Assembly (NCBI RefSeq): GCF_964355755.1
Contig: NC_092674.1
Span: 25,296,001-25,360,000 of the forward strand
Source of the DNA: Antedon mediterranea
Taxonomy: Eukaryota; Animalia; Echinodermata
Reading direction: 5' to 3'
DNA length: 64,000 bases
Made by a program: the position numbers and the translations under genes. The notes under the pieces were generated by a model. It saw nothing but the letters and a program-made list of their open reading frames with translations. It was not told where the DNA came from and did not search any database. Below are positions 63,633 to 64,000 of the stretch, piece after piece (the stretch's first letter is position 1; each line of letters begins with the position of its first letter).

Positions 63633-64000
63633 ATTGTTTAAGCACGTGAAAGAAAACAAAGTCAAGTGGATAGAATGAATGCAAATACAAATGATGCCTT
63701 TTAAACTTTCCGCGTGCCAATATTTATTGAACTTATATAACCCTAAATTATTTTAAATATACAAACTTCTGAACAACCACAACAAATTTAAGAAAATATT
63801 ATTGGTTTATTATTTCAACCAATATTTACTTTTGTACCAAAATAACATGCATCATATTTGTTTGGCCAAATTGCAAGAATTGCGACCCTAGTAATGGCGC
63901 CAATTCCGTGAGAAAGTAATTTTAGATTTATTTTGAATAGTAAATATTCGAGGAAAACTAAAATGTGGCCACCTTTCAAAACACACACTATATTATGTAA

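Overview
AT-rich, intron-containing animal genomic DNA, probably an invertebrate deuterostome such as an echinoderm (inferred from gene content and repeats, not proven). Bases 1-33 kb hold two tandem, same-strand paralogues of a receptor protein tyrosine phosphatase: the 3' half of copy 1 (126-6640) and a complete 28-exon copy 2 (12237-32669). Manual exon assembly of copy 2 gives signal peptide, two Tie-type Ig domains, four EGF-like repeats, three FN3 domains, a transmembrane helix, an active PTP D1 and a degenerate D2. It therefore has a Tie/angiopoietin-receptor-like ectodomain on a phosphatase rather than a kinase. The right half holds SDHAF2 (with a GC-AG intron), a single-domain rhodanese, PACRG head-to-head with a ZC2HC1-like gene, and a secreted spongin/short-chain-collagen-C4 NC1-like protein with no collagen helix. 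Introns and intergenic DNA are dense with transposons: two LINE remnants, a Penelope-like remnant with hammerhead-like motifs, clustered Helitrons, Mutator-like, Kolobok-like and pogo-like MITEs, and a tRNA-derived SINE. All gene models were assembled by eye from GT/AG sites and reading-frame continuity; no database searches were run.
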